A stretch of DNA of 64,000 nt. It comes from Bugula neritina. Lineage: Eukaryota > Animalia > Bryozoa. Made by a program: the position numbers and the translations under genes. This document shows positions 1 to 12,747 of this stretch, in pieces; position 1 is the first letter of the stretch; each line of letters begins with the position of its first letter. The stretch covers positions 12,708,818 to 12,772,817 of the forward strand of contig OZ037772.1 of assembly GCA_964035545.1 (NCBI GenBank), in the 5' to 3' direction. The notes beneath the pieces were generated by a model. It searched no databases. It saw only the letters and a list, made by a program, of their open reading frames with translations, and had not been told where the DNA came from.

Positions 1-139
1 GAATCCTCATCACTTGGTTAAAAAGTAATGCTGATTGTTGGCCAATAACAGTGGAGTTTGCATTCACATTTTAAGTGAACCTCTACGACTTCTAATATTC
101 AATACACACATGCACAGCATACACACACACACATATATA

Positions 140-335
140 GGATAAAACTTGGCTAATCCAAATTTTATCCAAAGATGATCACTACCCAGCACTCACTGAA
201 TCATATGAGCACCTGCTTGAACAATTCAAACTAAGACTCAGGTTCAAGGAATTTCGGGTTCAATTCGTACAAACTACAAGAAATATTACAGTAGTTTTCT
301 ACCATAGACAATCAGAAATTTGAATATTGGATCAA
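140..335 (+). mobile_element. Degenerate 3' fragment of CR1/L2-group LINE ORF2
   Basis: Translates (with frameshift and stop) to ILSKDDHYPALTESYEHLL...SIRTNYKKYYSSFLP*TIRNL, matching the C-termini of the LINE ORFs at 3129, 15818 and 55706. Confidence 0.75.
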
Positions 336-507
336 ATACATCAACCAAATCATCCTCCAATTCCGAGTTCTTACCACAAACACGCTAACATGGCATGTTT
401 TTAAATTCAAGGTTAACTCTTTTTAAATATATTTGCTGACTACTGATGCATAAATGTAAGTTAAAGTTGTAACCTAAGGCACATGTGGCACACCCTTTAT
501 AGTTTAT

Positions 508-955
508 TGTAGTGGCTGTGGGAAGTACACATCCCATTGCCCCTGTCTAAGTATTCATAACAGAACAGTGACAATATATAATATTATAAGTATTATGAGT
601 CAAGGGACTACAACTCCTTTGGCAATGCCGCAACTACGTGCGGCACCACATCACACTCTGCGGTGATACCGCCGGAACCTTCTACTAGCCAATCAACCTC
701 AACCCTCTGAATATAAACAGCGCCTTCCGGCGCCCAGCCTCAGTCTGAAGATAACTGTCAAGTAGACTAGTGTGTTACCATATAATTGTTCTATATGCAA
801 TACTCATGGTCTTGTGTGTATCTAATTAGACTTCCAATAAAGCTCTTCTATAAACCTCAACTATTTCGGTTTCTCTCGTAACCTCATAGTGAGGTATGCA
901 GCAGTAATTCGCAGTACAATAAACACCCATACAAGTAGTGCACAAAATTACAACA
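508..955 (+). mobile_element. Solo LTR (Gypsy-like)
   Basis: TG...CA ends; 4-bp TSD TTAT (504-507, 956-959); CCAAT, TATAAA and AATAAA in order; homologous to the LTR at 1081-2693. Confidence 0.8.
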
Positions 956-1080
956 TTATACCCAACAGGGTGGCTTAGTGTGCAGAAAAGTTTGACAGGT
1001 GTCGGCATGTATAAGTTTAATATCAATATGAATGTAAAACATGATAACCAATAGAATACTTTTAGTTATACTTATACTAT

Positions 1081-2693
1081 TGCTATAGTTTTATGCACTA
1101 CTCTTTAGGGTGTTAATGTGTACTCAATAATTACTGCATATCCACTGTGAGGTTATGTAAAGAACTGAACCAGTTGATCTTTAATGAGAGAACTGTAATA
1201 GTATTTCAATTATGCACACTAAAAATCATATAGAATTATAAAAGAAAAAAGAATACAAGAAGTAACTACTACACAAGTGAACCAATCTATTTAACAACTA
1301 TTGACTAAACTAGCTTTGGGCGCCGGAAGGCATTGTTTATATACAAGGGGTCGATCTCGATTGGTTAAGATAAGGTTCCGGCGGTATCACCACAGAGAGT
1401 GATGCGATGCCGCACAGGACTGCGGCATCGCTAACGAAGCTGTCGTCCTTGAGACATTAGTTGCCTCATAATATATTGTAAGTATTAGGTAGGGGGTACT
1501 GAGGGGGGTGACACGACATTTCACAAATGTCAATTCAAAAACATCTATTTCAAAAAAGACAATTCCCAATTTGACAATTTCCAAATTGACAATTAATAAA
1601 TTGACTTTTAGAAAAAAGACATTTCTAAAAATGACATTTCACAAATGATACGGCCCAGTTGGGTGTGAGCTCGACCGGGTCGAGAATAAGTTCATATAAA
1701 CGTGGGCAATTGCAGATCGGGACTGTTTGGTAGCTAACACTACTTCCGTGATAGCCTAACTCGCACGGGTTTATATTTGTTGCTGAAAGCTTTAAATCTT
1801 GTCAAGTTTAAGTTGAAATAATTACTACTTATTTACTTTTACTTTTATACTTGTATTATTGCGTGATGTTACTATTGTGGTGGCTCGTGGAGCTACCAGC
1901 AACACAATACGCAAGGTTGCGTATTGACCCGGAACAATGTATTAGCCAATTAGCTAGGCTGTTTTATGAGTAATAGTAGCAGCTTCGCGCTACTAGCTCA
2001 GTTGAGGATAGTGCTGTAAATTAAATAGACGTGCGTATCATTACTGTTATACATTAGATTTTATTATGTATTCTTGTATTAAAATATAACGATATCTACT
2101 CGATTTAACTCGGTGAGGTTTCTCTAGTGATAAATAGACTCTCTTGGTGGCACATCAACCCTAAATCTGAAAAACATAACACTATGTACATTATATGTTA
2201 TTTAATTTTATTAACCGTATTTCATAAGTTAAAACTGAAAAGTAAGAAGAAAATGAAACACGGTTAATAAAATTAAATAACATATAATGTACATAGTAAC
2301 ATCACGCAATAATACAAGTATAAAAGTAAAAGTAAATAAGTAGTAATTATTTAAACTTGAACTTGACAAGATTTAAAGCTTTCAGCAACAAATATAAACC
2401 CCGTATGAGTTAGGCTATCATGGAAGTAGTGTTAGCTACCAAACAGTCCCGATCTGCAATTGCCCACGTTTATATGAACTTATTCTCGACCCGGTCGAGC
2501 TCACACCCGACTGGACCGTATCATTTGTGAAATGTCATTTTTAGAAATGTCTTTTTTCTAAAAGTCAATTTATTAATTGTCAATTTGGAAATTGTCAATT
2601 TGGGAATTGTCTTTTTCGAAATAGGTGTTTTTGAATTGTCATTTGTGAAATGTCGCGGATTCACTGAGGGGTATACTTCCCACAGCCACTACA
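1081..2693 (-). mobile_element. Solo LTR of a related family, inverted, interrupted by a MULE-like element
   Basis: TG...CA ends; TSD CTAT (1077-1080, 2694-2697); aligns with 508-955 once 1507-2662 is removed. Confidence 0.8.
1507..2662. mobile_element. Non-autonomous Mutator/MULE-type foldback element
   Basis: About 370-bp near-perfect TIRs with subterminal GACATTTC/GACAATT repeats; G...C ends; 9-bp TSD ACTGAGGGG (1498-1506, 2663-2671); extra internal hairpin at about 2180-2297. Confidence 0.9.
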
Positions 2694-3128
2694 CTATGAC
2701 CATAACAATCAGTATCGGCGCCACCATGATCTAGATTACTAAATTTAATCTCAGTCTCAATATGATAACAATGCCTATATTTATATAAATAGCAACATTG
2801 ATTAACATGAAATAAATATTTCAATAATAAATTAGAATATCAATATGATAAGTCATAACATAAAATAAATTCAAATCAAGTACAAAATTAAATATTGCTA
2901 TCACTATATGTATTAGTATAAGTATAACTGTAGTACTATTAGTATTAATATAAATTAATATATTACAATTAAAATTACTATAAGTATATTTATTATTATT
3001 AATAATAATATTAAATTTAATTATTTTACATCAAATTAAAATTTAGTTATTTAACTTAACTAACAGTTATACTTGTAGTAAATATAATACCAATAGTATT
3101 ACTATTAGTATAACTATAAGTATAAGCA

Positions 3129-3719
3129 GTGTTGGATCATGCTGACTCAACCAAATACCTTGGTGTAACACTGCAGTCAGACTGTAAATTTGACCAACAC
3201 ATCCTAAAAAAGGTTCTTGTTGCAAAACGGCAATTAGGTATGATAAAACGTTCACTCTACTGGGCCCCCAGGAGAGCAAAGCTTATTGCCTACAAAGCCC
3301 TCTGTCTCCCACACTTGGAATATGCCAGTGCAGCCTGGGACCCATCTAGTAAAAATCATATAAATATAATGGAGAATGTTCAAACATGTGCTGTGCGTCT
3401 TATCTCTAACAGCAAAGGAAGAACTGATATTGGGGAAGAGATGAAAAAGCTGTGTTTGGAGCCGCTTGATCTAAGGAGGAAAAACCGACGCATCAGCCTT
3501 CTCCTAAAAATATTGTCTAAGGAAGAACTACATCCAACTCTGAGTGCTGCCTATGATGATTTTCTAGATCAGCGGACCACAAGCACTGTACAGACTCGGT
3601 CTCAGGTTGCAGGATTTCCCAGATCAGTGAGAGCGAACAAGAATGGGTATCTTTATAGTTTTCTCCCAAGAACAATAAGAGATATGAAGATCAGCACTGA
3701 TCACACACAGACAAGCTAG
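3129..3719 (+). mobile_element. 5'-truncated CR1/L2-group LINE (RT thumb and C-terminal region)
   Basis: KYLGVTL, YKALCLPHLEYASAAWDP and SFLPRTIRD motifs. Confidence 0.9.
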
Positions 3720-4640
3720 TTAGCCTGTTAAGTTAATCTGCACAAGAATGTTAACACTTTTTAGATTACTGTCCAAGTACTGACAACTTAGTTTTTTATA
3801 TGAGGCACACCCCTTCTTCCCTCTAGGGAGGTCCAGTGTGGAAATAACATCGACAGGTATCGACAGGTAAGCATTAAACATAACTCAAACTGTATAGATA
3901 GTAATACTACTACTAGTACTACTACTAGTACCAGTAGTACTAGTATAATACATGAGATAAGTATAAGCGTCAAGCATAACTGTATAAGTACTACTACTAC
4001 TAGTACTACTACTACTAGCACTAGTAGTAGTAGACTAGTAGTAACTAGTATAAACTACAAATATAATACATAAATATACAACTTATAAGTTATATACATT
4101 ATAATTATTTTATTGCGTAGTAAGACTGAATAAAGATATAGTTATAATAATAATTATTATTATATTTAAAATATAACTATTTAACTATATTTTAATTTAG
4201 TAACAGTTTTACTACCATAACCATTACCATCACCATCACCATGAGTATCAATAAGTGAATATCCATTACCTCAGTTGAGGTAGGACTTCCACAGCAACTG
4301 GAAAGTCTATAGGGAAGCCTCTAGTAACTAATAACAAATAATATTAGTATTATATTTATAATATTAATAATAATATACATAATATAATAATATAAATAAT
4401 AATAACTATAAGTATAAGTATTATATTTATAATAATAATAATCATTTTGTAACTCAAACTGTAAGTATTGTTAAGCCCAAAAGTAATAGTAATACTAATA
4501 ACTAAAATATAAGCAATACTAATCTAATACTAATAGTATTATTACTATATAAATAATATTATGTAAATTGAAATTAGTTCGTATGATTTTGGCGACTCCA
4601 TATTATTATTCCGAAGACATTGGTGGGGAAAATCGGCCGT

Positions 4641-4667
4641 ATTGCGTATAAGTCAGTTTCGTTTTAC
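4641..4667. promoter_or_regulatory. Shared composite motif ATTGCGTAT-n-AGTTTCGTTTTAC (C/EBP-like plus IRF/ISRE-like), copy 1
   Basis: Near-identical to 20802-20827; lies in a short CpG-containing patch. Confidence 0.4.
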
Positions 4668-5909
4668 TACTATAGTGGAAGTGGTCCTCGCAAGCAAAGG
4701 TATAATAATATACATATATTACTCCGCCTGAAAGCAGAGTGGAGTATATGCCCTTTAACCCTTTGCTTTGAAGAAGGTAAGCCGGCCATAGCTATGCATT
4801 ATCATTTGGGTGTGTGTACTGTATAATAGAAATATTGTATTATCGTGTAATGATTTTATTATGAATATACAAATATATAAACTTCTCAGTTTTGCCAGTC
4901 ATCACAGAATATAAACCAAACTGATCATCAAAAATAGAAATGCAAAAATGGCAAACATGTTTGAAAATAAAACAAATTATAATGAAATAGATAATTTCAA
5001 GGTGATCAAAATTTACACAATTGTAAAAATAGCAAACTGGAGTGCATTATTGAATAGTAGCAAAAAGAGGCAAGAAATGCTACAGGTGTAAGACCACATC
5101 CTCATCAGCATTTTCAATGGGCTGATTTGATATAGACAACTTACATAATTACCAAGATATTACTTTTGAAAATAGACATTTGGTGATAGACTGGGGTATC
5201 TTTAGTCATATACTGTGCACAGCTACATGGTAGGCTAGATATGTTTTGAACTTTTACTATGAAAATAATTCTCTTATAATTGGACTACACAAGAGGAGCT
5301 CATCACATGCTGCTCTCTTGGTTGGTATAAAATTCCAAATATCAATTGCTTAGAAAACTTATCAGTTTAAGCTAGGCTCCATGTTTGCATGTTTAATAAA
5401 ATAATTCAAAATACTTTCTAAATTTTGAATTATACTGGTGTTCTGGCAAACTCAATTAAGAATATGTAGAATAGCTTAGAAATCAACAAATACCACAGTT
5501 GAATCAGTCAATATAAATTATTACAAGGCATACATATCTTGTCTGTTGTGCATACATATACTGGATATTAAGTATATATACTCTATATTGGGTATATAAT
5601 ATCCTGTATATAATGTATATTATATACTGTGTATAATAATTGTTCCTTAAAAAATCACTTGAAAGTGTGTCTGCTTACATACTTTGTCGGGTTTATAATA
5701 TAACTTTGATTGTTTGCTGTACTAGAAAATATAACCTCAGTAAATACCATACTACAATCTAAATAATGTAAGGGGTTTCCTACATAAGAACTTTTCCATA
5801 ATTTCAGCTAAGCTAAATAAAAACCATAAAAATTGGGGCAAGTCAAAAGAAATGCTATATGACTCTTGGTTCCAAAACTGAAGTTTTGCAAGCCAGAGGA
5901 TTTTTAAAG

Positions 5910-8900
5910 CTAAATTTGTTGAAATGTTCCTAGATATTTTGCTAGCACCCACGCAAAAATTGTGACAAAAATTGGGACGGCTACAACTAGGTACAAGCAA
6001 ACACAGCTTGGAGAAAAGATTTCTGTGGTAGTTGTCGTCACATCTTTATGCACTGTTAGTAAAGTGCCATTTCTAAAATGCAATAGGATGGAATAGATTA
6101 GAAACCGTTTGTCCTGAAACTAATATTTTGATCGAAACTTCTCGCTTGAAAAATATAAACACAACAGAGAACTTTGCAACAGCAATACACAAACACCTTC
6201 AATTTAGTCAGTAGGTTGCAGCTCTAATCCTGTTAATTAAGCTAATAAACTTGAAACAATACAATTTGCTAAGGAAATGTAAAGGAAGATAATTTTAAAC
6301 TGCTAACCCATTGTCACCATTAGCAGGTTGTAGGTCTCCTCTTTGTCTAACTTGGGAATGAGGCTGCTCAACTCTAACTTCTGGCTGAGGTTGCCCTGAA
6401 TTGTCTATAATAAACCAGACATTTTAAAACATCAAATGGTATTATGAGGCAGGCGTTAAACATTTAGCCTGCTCCCTGTATTGCCAGGCTAAGTTGGCTT
6501 TATGCATTCCAGGGGGACAGCTCAAAACACCCGCGAAAATCTTCAAGTTTATGTTTTAGCTTATCTTTTTGTACAGTAGTTATGATTTTCAATGTAAGAT
6601 TTCAATTATTTTACAATATTAATCGGTATATAGCCATTTTTTTGACAAATCCGTAAAAATTTAGTTTCTCTTCTATTATATAATAAACATTTACTTTTCC
6701 CATTTATACTATCATGGTAATAACATCATTATTAAATTTGTATTATAAATTATATCGACTGGTTTTCATGAACTCGAAGCTATATAAATCTACAAACTAT
6801 TTTTATTCATTAAAGTTGAATTGATTTTTTAAACAGAGAACAACATGAATATTTCCATTATACCAACCCACCATTAAGAGCTTTCAGTTGGCGAAGAATT
6901 TGCTTGTTTGCATTAATCATTTGGTTGCTGATTACATTTTGCTTTCTAGTATTTCTTTTTATAGACTTGGCCAAAGCGCTGGTCTCCTCTCTCAACCTTT
7001 TGTGCTCAGCTTCATGTTTTCGGAATGTAGCATCTACTCGAGATGTGAATGGCTCAAACCGCTCTTTCACAAACCTTTGCTGAACCTGTACGGACTGGTC
7101 AACCTTGTCTTTCAGCCCAAGATACATTTTTTCCATTTGTGTTAGCTTTTGTATAATCACACTCAACTGCCGTTTAGTGATTCCAGACTGAATACGACCA
7201 AAATACTTTTTCAATTCATCACCCGCTTGATGGTACAACTGCAGAAACATTTTCATCACCTCAGCAGCATTTTCATCTTTAGCTGACACTTCCTGAACAA
7301 CTTCATCAAGTTCTGGCATCAACTCTTGAATGGTGGTAAAAGTGGATAGCCTAATGAGAATATTTTGTTCTTCTTTGTCGCTTTCAACCTATACAATATT
7401 GAAATGGGATCAAGTTTTAATCCCCAGCTGCCCTAAGAAGGAAACACACACATTGCAAGCAAAAATCTATGCAAGCATTATGTTATTAGTATATATAATT
7501 GCACATTTTCATCCTTCTAGCTATTCATAAATAAGCCAATTTATATGTTTATAAGATCCGAGTAGCAAAATAAGAAAACTGCTACACAGAAAAGCTTCAA
7601 AACACACATTTAGAAAAATTTTGGTTAGGATAAGAAATAATTTATTGTCAAATGTATGAATGTCAATCAGGTTTCTAAACCTAGCTTTTGGTAACCTAAA
7701 AATTTGTACAACATGTAAAACTTTATTGAACTATAACTCAGCATTTCAGACGAAGAGATTTTAACCATTACACAGATAAATAGCAAAAAAATCAAATTGT
7801 CATTAATAACTTTTTTCAACAATATTGTTCAAGTTTTTCTGTAAATACTTTTATAATAATAATATTATGTTACAGGAAATAGAACTTTAATAGATATAAT
7901 AATAAGCTATATTGTAGATTAATGTCACAGCCCTACCACTAAAAAGCTTGGAAACTATCCCTAGATTATCACCGACCTACACACAAAAATTTAAGATGTT
8001 AAAACCTAGACTCGTTTGAGTTCTACTCCATATAATTAACCAACCTGCACAGGTTTGAAGTAGTTTTTCTTCTCATTTTCTATTCCTCTGGGTGCCATCC
8101 TGCCATCCTGCTCCATTTCCTCCTAGAAAGTTTTGTAAAATTCAATAGTTACAAAACCTTTCAATATTTAGTGATTATCTACTATTAGACAGAGTTCTTT
8201 TTGACATTTGCATTTTGAAGGATGCTGACTCAATCTATCTTAAAATAGTAAGCGTTGAATATTAAAAGACATTGTGAAGAAAAACTAACTTTTTATATTC
8301 CTCTCAAACATTGCTATTCAAAATTGTAAAATAATTGCCACCACTGGGAATCGAACCCGAGTCCTCTGGCTTGCAAGCAAGTGTGCTACAATTACACCAC
8401 GGAGGCCACTGGGTACACTCAACACTACACACTGAAGGATAAAATAGCCAAGCTGCATGGAATGCATAATTTGGGCATTGAAAGAACATTTTATTTAGCT
8501 AAATGTAAATTCAGAGGAGGCATAGACAAGAAGTTAGTTGAAAGAGTAGTTGAAGAATGTGCTGTGTGTAGGAGCATTGACCCTTCTCCAGTGCAGTGAG
8601 AAAGAGGAGTTCTGGAGGTCAATGAGAATTGGTATAGGCTGGCAATGGATGTGAGTCATTATAATAGTGTACTATACTTGACTATTATCTACTGTGGATA
8701 AAGTTGCAGAATGAGACTGCTGACTCTGTGGTAAATCAGCTACTAAAGGTGTTTCAGCAACGTGGTCCACCGACAGAGTTACTGTCAGACAACGGACCAT
8801 GTTTCAGAGGTGACAGATTGGAACAGCTACTTAGGCAATGGGATGTACAGCACATATTTAGCTGTGCTTATAGAGCATCTGGGAATGGTGTCATAGAGCG

Positions 8901-11900
8901 CAATCACAGGACTATAAAAAGAATGGCAGCTCGAACTAGATCCTCAATAGAAAATATGGTATTTTGGTACAACAACACCCCAAATAGTAACAATGTAGTA
9001 CCCTCATAAAGTTTATACAGTTATGATGTAAAGCTGCCTAAAGTATCACCATCAACAATAGGCAAGCCCACAGACATTACAAAAAAACCCCTAAAATGTA
9101 GGAGACAAAGTTTATGTAAAACCTGTGAATTCTAAATGCACAACTGCAGGCCACAGGGCATGATTACCAGGGTTGTGTCAAACACTGCGATGATGGTAGG
9201 ATGGTATGACACGACATATAAGTGATGTGCGATTGGCTAATACAGGGAACAGGGAAAGTGTTGACATTTCGTCCAGTACAAAACAGCAATCTCAGGTACA
9301 TGGAGACATTGAAATTAACCTGAGCCCAGATAATGCTGATGAGGATGTGGATGGTGAAAATGTTGAGGAAGGTGAAAATGTTGAGGAAGTGATTGACCGG
9401 CCAGTAAGAGATAGACGGCCACCCAGGTGGTTGGCAGACTTTTATGTAGATGACTAAACGTTTTTCCTTTTTGTTTTATTATATATCTGTTTGATCTGAT
9501 AAGATCAGGGGGAAATGTAATGTGCATGACATTGCATCATGCAGTTGTCTAACCGTTTTTTAAATATTATTATAGTTGTGTGGTTTTCCTTTATGTCCTA
9601 AATTCCCTTTATCTTTGTGGTTTATATATATTATATTGTCTGTCTTAGAAATGTGTTCGTAGTGATTAGTTGTGCTTTCCAAATAAAGATATTTCAGTGA
9701 ACTTTAAGTATAATACTGTTACAAAAATGAATGCATCAAACTCAAAGTTATTTTAGGAAAAACTCCCTATATATAAAATTGAATAAATTCAGATAGAAAT
9801 ATTTTAAAACTGATCTTGCATTTTACAAATAATTTATAATTAGAAAATGCTTTTACTGACAAGGTTTGCTTAATAGTGTAGGTGATTTTATATAGATAGC
9901 ACATTTGTGATGCACACACTCTATAGAGTATAGAACATGACTTGAAAGATTGGCTCAGAGTGAAGGTCACTGAAATGAAATATGCCAGTGAAGAGGCTAC
10001 TTAGTAGACTTTAGCTGAGGAGCCACTGCATCAGTATTTTCCAAGTTACTACTATTCATGAACCATTACACAACAAATTATCAACAATTACTGCAAGCTG
10101 CATGTTTTTAGCCCGTATATAAATAATAGATATTCATGAGACCGCATAATATTATATATATACTATATTATATACATATTATATACATAGATAGATACAA
10201 AGTATAATAGTCACGTTGACATATTTAAACTAGGTAAGTCAGTGTGGGGTTGCGTCTTGCATTGATAGAGATAACTTGTACAACAGTAAGTAAGACACCT
10301 GTTACTGTTTGTCTTGGGCAATATCAATTTTAGATTTAGAAACCCCTATTTCAAATGGCTACTCAATCAATAGAAATAAGGTTTCATAGGAGGCTTTTTA
10401 AACAATCTTTTCTTGTATATGGAAATTTCCACAGAATGTGTGTTATAAATATCTGGCAGCTGTTTTTGCAGACTAGTTTGAAAAATTAATAAAAAATATT
10501 TTCAACTTTGGCATTTTTCATTGCACGTTACTAGAGCCATCCTGCAGGAAACTAATTTTACGGCAACTAAGACCACTGAAAAGACCCAAAGCCAATGCAA
10601 TGTCAACTGAAACCTGGTAAACCAGTGACTGTGTCAGACTCAAATAGCAAAAGAAATCAACTAAAAGTTTTTCAGTTAAATTTATTCCAATTGTGCATAG
10701 TTCTAAGCTTCAAAGCCTGAGCTGCCTTTTCTAGATAATATTGTTGATCAGTAAATTAGTTTAACATAAAAATATTCATCAAAATATCGTATTATTACAT
10801 AGATAAATTTTCTGAATATGTGGCATGTATTAAAATGCCAATCTTGAGTCATTATTGACTGGTGACAAAGCTAAGACTTTGTGAAGTATTTTAACCAAAA
10901 AATGTAATTGCAACCAGGAACATTCATCATCAAAGCAAAGAAAGCATAGTACTATAACAATATTTTGTAGAAGGAACTTACCCTACTAGTAGAGGCCGGG
11001 TTGTCAAGAAGATCATCAAGGTAATCATCAGAATCTGACAATAAAAAACTACATGTATATGAATACATTTATCTGGCACTCAAGAAGGAAAACCAATGAT
11101 CAGCACCATCCACAATCACATTGAGGCAATTAATGGTGAGTGGGAGAACATCATACCATCTGCTCCTTACCATTTTTCATAAAACTATCCCCAGAACTAT
11201 GATACTCAACTCCTACAAACCTGATTCATCAGATGAACTTGCAGTTGGGTTACATATTCTACATTTCGTGTCACTACAACAAAACCATCAAATCTAGTGC
11301 TCAAAGATTCCAATGGTTAAAAATTTCTATCTATTTAAAGTAGAAACCTCATATTTGACTAGCTTTACATGTTAAATTAAAAATTTGGTTAATAGCAGAG
11401 AAAAGTAGATACATTCAAAACATTATTGGCATTATTCTTGGCACAATAACAAAAATTTAGAAACTACTCTAAAAGCAGCGAATCCAGTCGAACACAAAAC
11501 TGGGGCTTGCAAACCAGAGCTTCATACACAAACTTTACAAAAATTTATTGCTCAGTCTAACAGTTATAAGAGTAGCTAGTTCATAGGCTTAGAGCCTCGG
11601 ACTTGGAAACCTGTGATGGACAAAAACATAGAAATGTATAACTGCATTTACAATTAAACCTATTATATATGCCATTAGAGTGACTAACTACTAGTACCCT
11701 CGATTCAAAACTAAAACTGTTCCGAGAAAGGTTATATTTACAAACTGATAGCTGAATGAAGAAAAAGAGATAAGCAATTACCTTGTGTCTAAGCATGCTT
11801 CGCAAATACAACGTCCTTCACTGCAATATCTAATCTCAGAGTCAATGAAATCCACTCCGCAATGGCTGCATGACAGCTGACGTGGCTGCAAGAAAACACC

Positions 11901-12747
11901 ATAGACATTATAGACGCTGATAACAACTAATAGAATAAATACAACTACTAAATGTGAAGCTGCTATGATATTCAATATCTCTTCTGGTATATAAAACCAC
12001 CAAACAACATAAACATGAGATTCATAGATTATGAAAGCTTAAGATAGGACAAACTGTTACGTTATCAGGCTCAAACATGCACCACCACCAACTAGCGATG
12101 CAGGTTTACTAACACATCAAGCCTAGAGATAGTGTCAACACAGCTAAACAAATTGATAAAGCAAGGTTTTACCAGCTACATTAGCTTTCCATTAGCTTAA
12201 ATCTAATGTGAAACCAACCACTTGTCTCTTGTTGCCAATTAATGGTAGCTAAAGGGTATGAAATAATATTGGAAGTCTTTAGATTTACCGCAAAAAGCAG
12301 TGGCAAATGCACACCGAAGTTCTATTTTCAAAGCAGCATATATAGATAATGTCCAGGAAGTTCTATAAATCTATATATTTAGGATTTGGTATCTACATAT
12401 CTTATTTCTAATAAAGGAATCGCATAGTTCTCTTAGTTTTAATAATTTTCATTTAAAGAAGCTAGAAACTAAGTGATTTCTTTGTACCTACTGTATATTT
12501 ATGGCTTCAAACTGTCTTCCAAAGAGCTTTCCCTTTTGATAAGAATAATAAATTCAATTTCATTACCCTTATTGGTGACAATCTTGCTTGCCAGCAAAAG
12601 CAAAAATCTATTCCCTTCACAAAAAAGCTCAAAAAATTATTTCTTTATAAAAGTATCAACCCCACCTTTGTCAATTGCATGGTTTTATAATGTAAAACGT
12701 GTTCATACCAAAGCTATGCCAGTGTTGTTTGAAAAAGCTGCAGCCAT
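5910..12747 (-). CDS. Spliced gene A1: SINA-type RING finger, acidic linker, coiled coil and C-terminal tail anchor (putative membrane E3 ligase)
   Basis: Phase-consistent GT-AG exons 12709-12747, 11782-11885, 11221-11273, 10982-11034, 8045-8122, 6872-7388, 6308-6404, 5910-6072. RING-like CSHC..CSEGRCICEAC..CRIC; ends LYLVVAVPIFVTIFAWVLAKYLGTFQQI*. A possible upstream exon 13128-13174 has an AT donor. Confidence 0.75.
8325..8429 (-). mobile_element. Single tRNA-like LTR of the miniature LTR (TRIM) family
   Basis: TGTAGTG...TTTACA; A-box-like TGGTGTAATTG and B box GGTTCGATTCC; homologous to both LTRs of 54684-55010. Confidence 0.85.
8430..9723 (+). mobile_element. Gypsy 3' fragment: integrase pseudogene, PPT and 3' LTR (9516-9723)
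   Basis: Zn-finger remnant (H..C-x2-C), RLAMDVSHY, LLSDNGPCF, NGVIERNHRTIK; PPT AGGGGGAAA; LTR TGTAATG...TGTTACA with AATAAA. Confidence 0.9.

Noticed and set aside
3788-4021. Hydrophobic membrane-protein-like ORFs (also 20140-20328 and 37100-37303)
   Set aside because: By-products of the periodic AT hexamer tracts
9990-10066. Extra exon of gene A1
   Set aside because: No canonical acceptor in frame, and the flanking exons already join in phase
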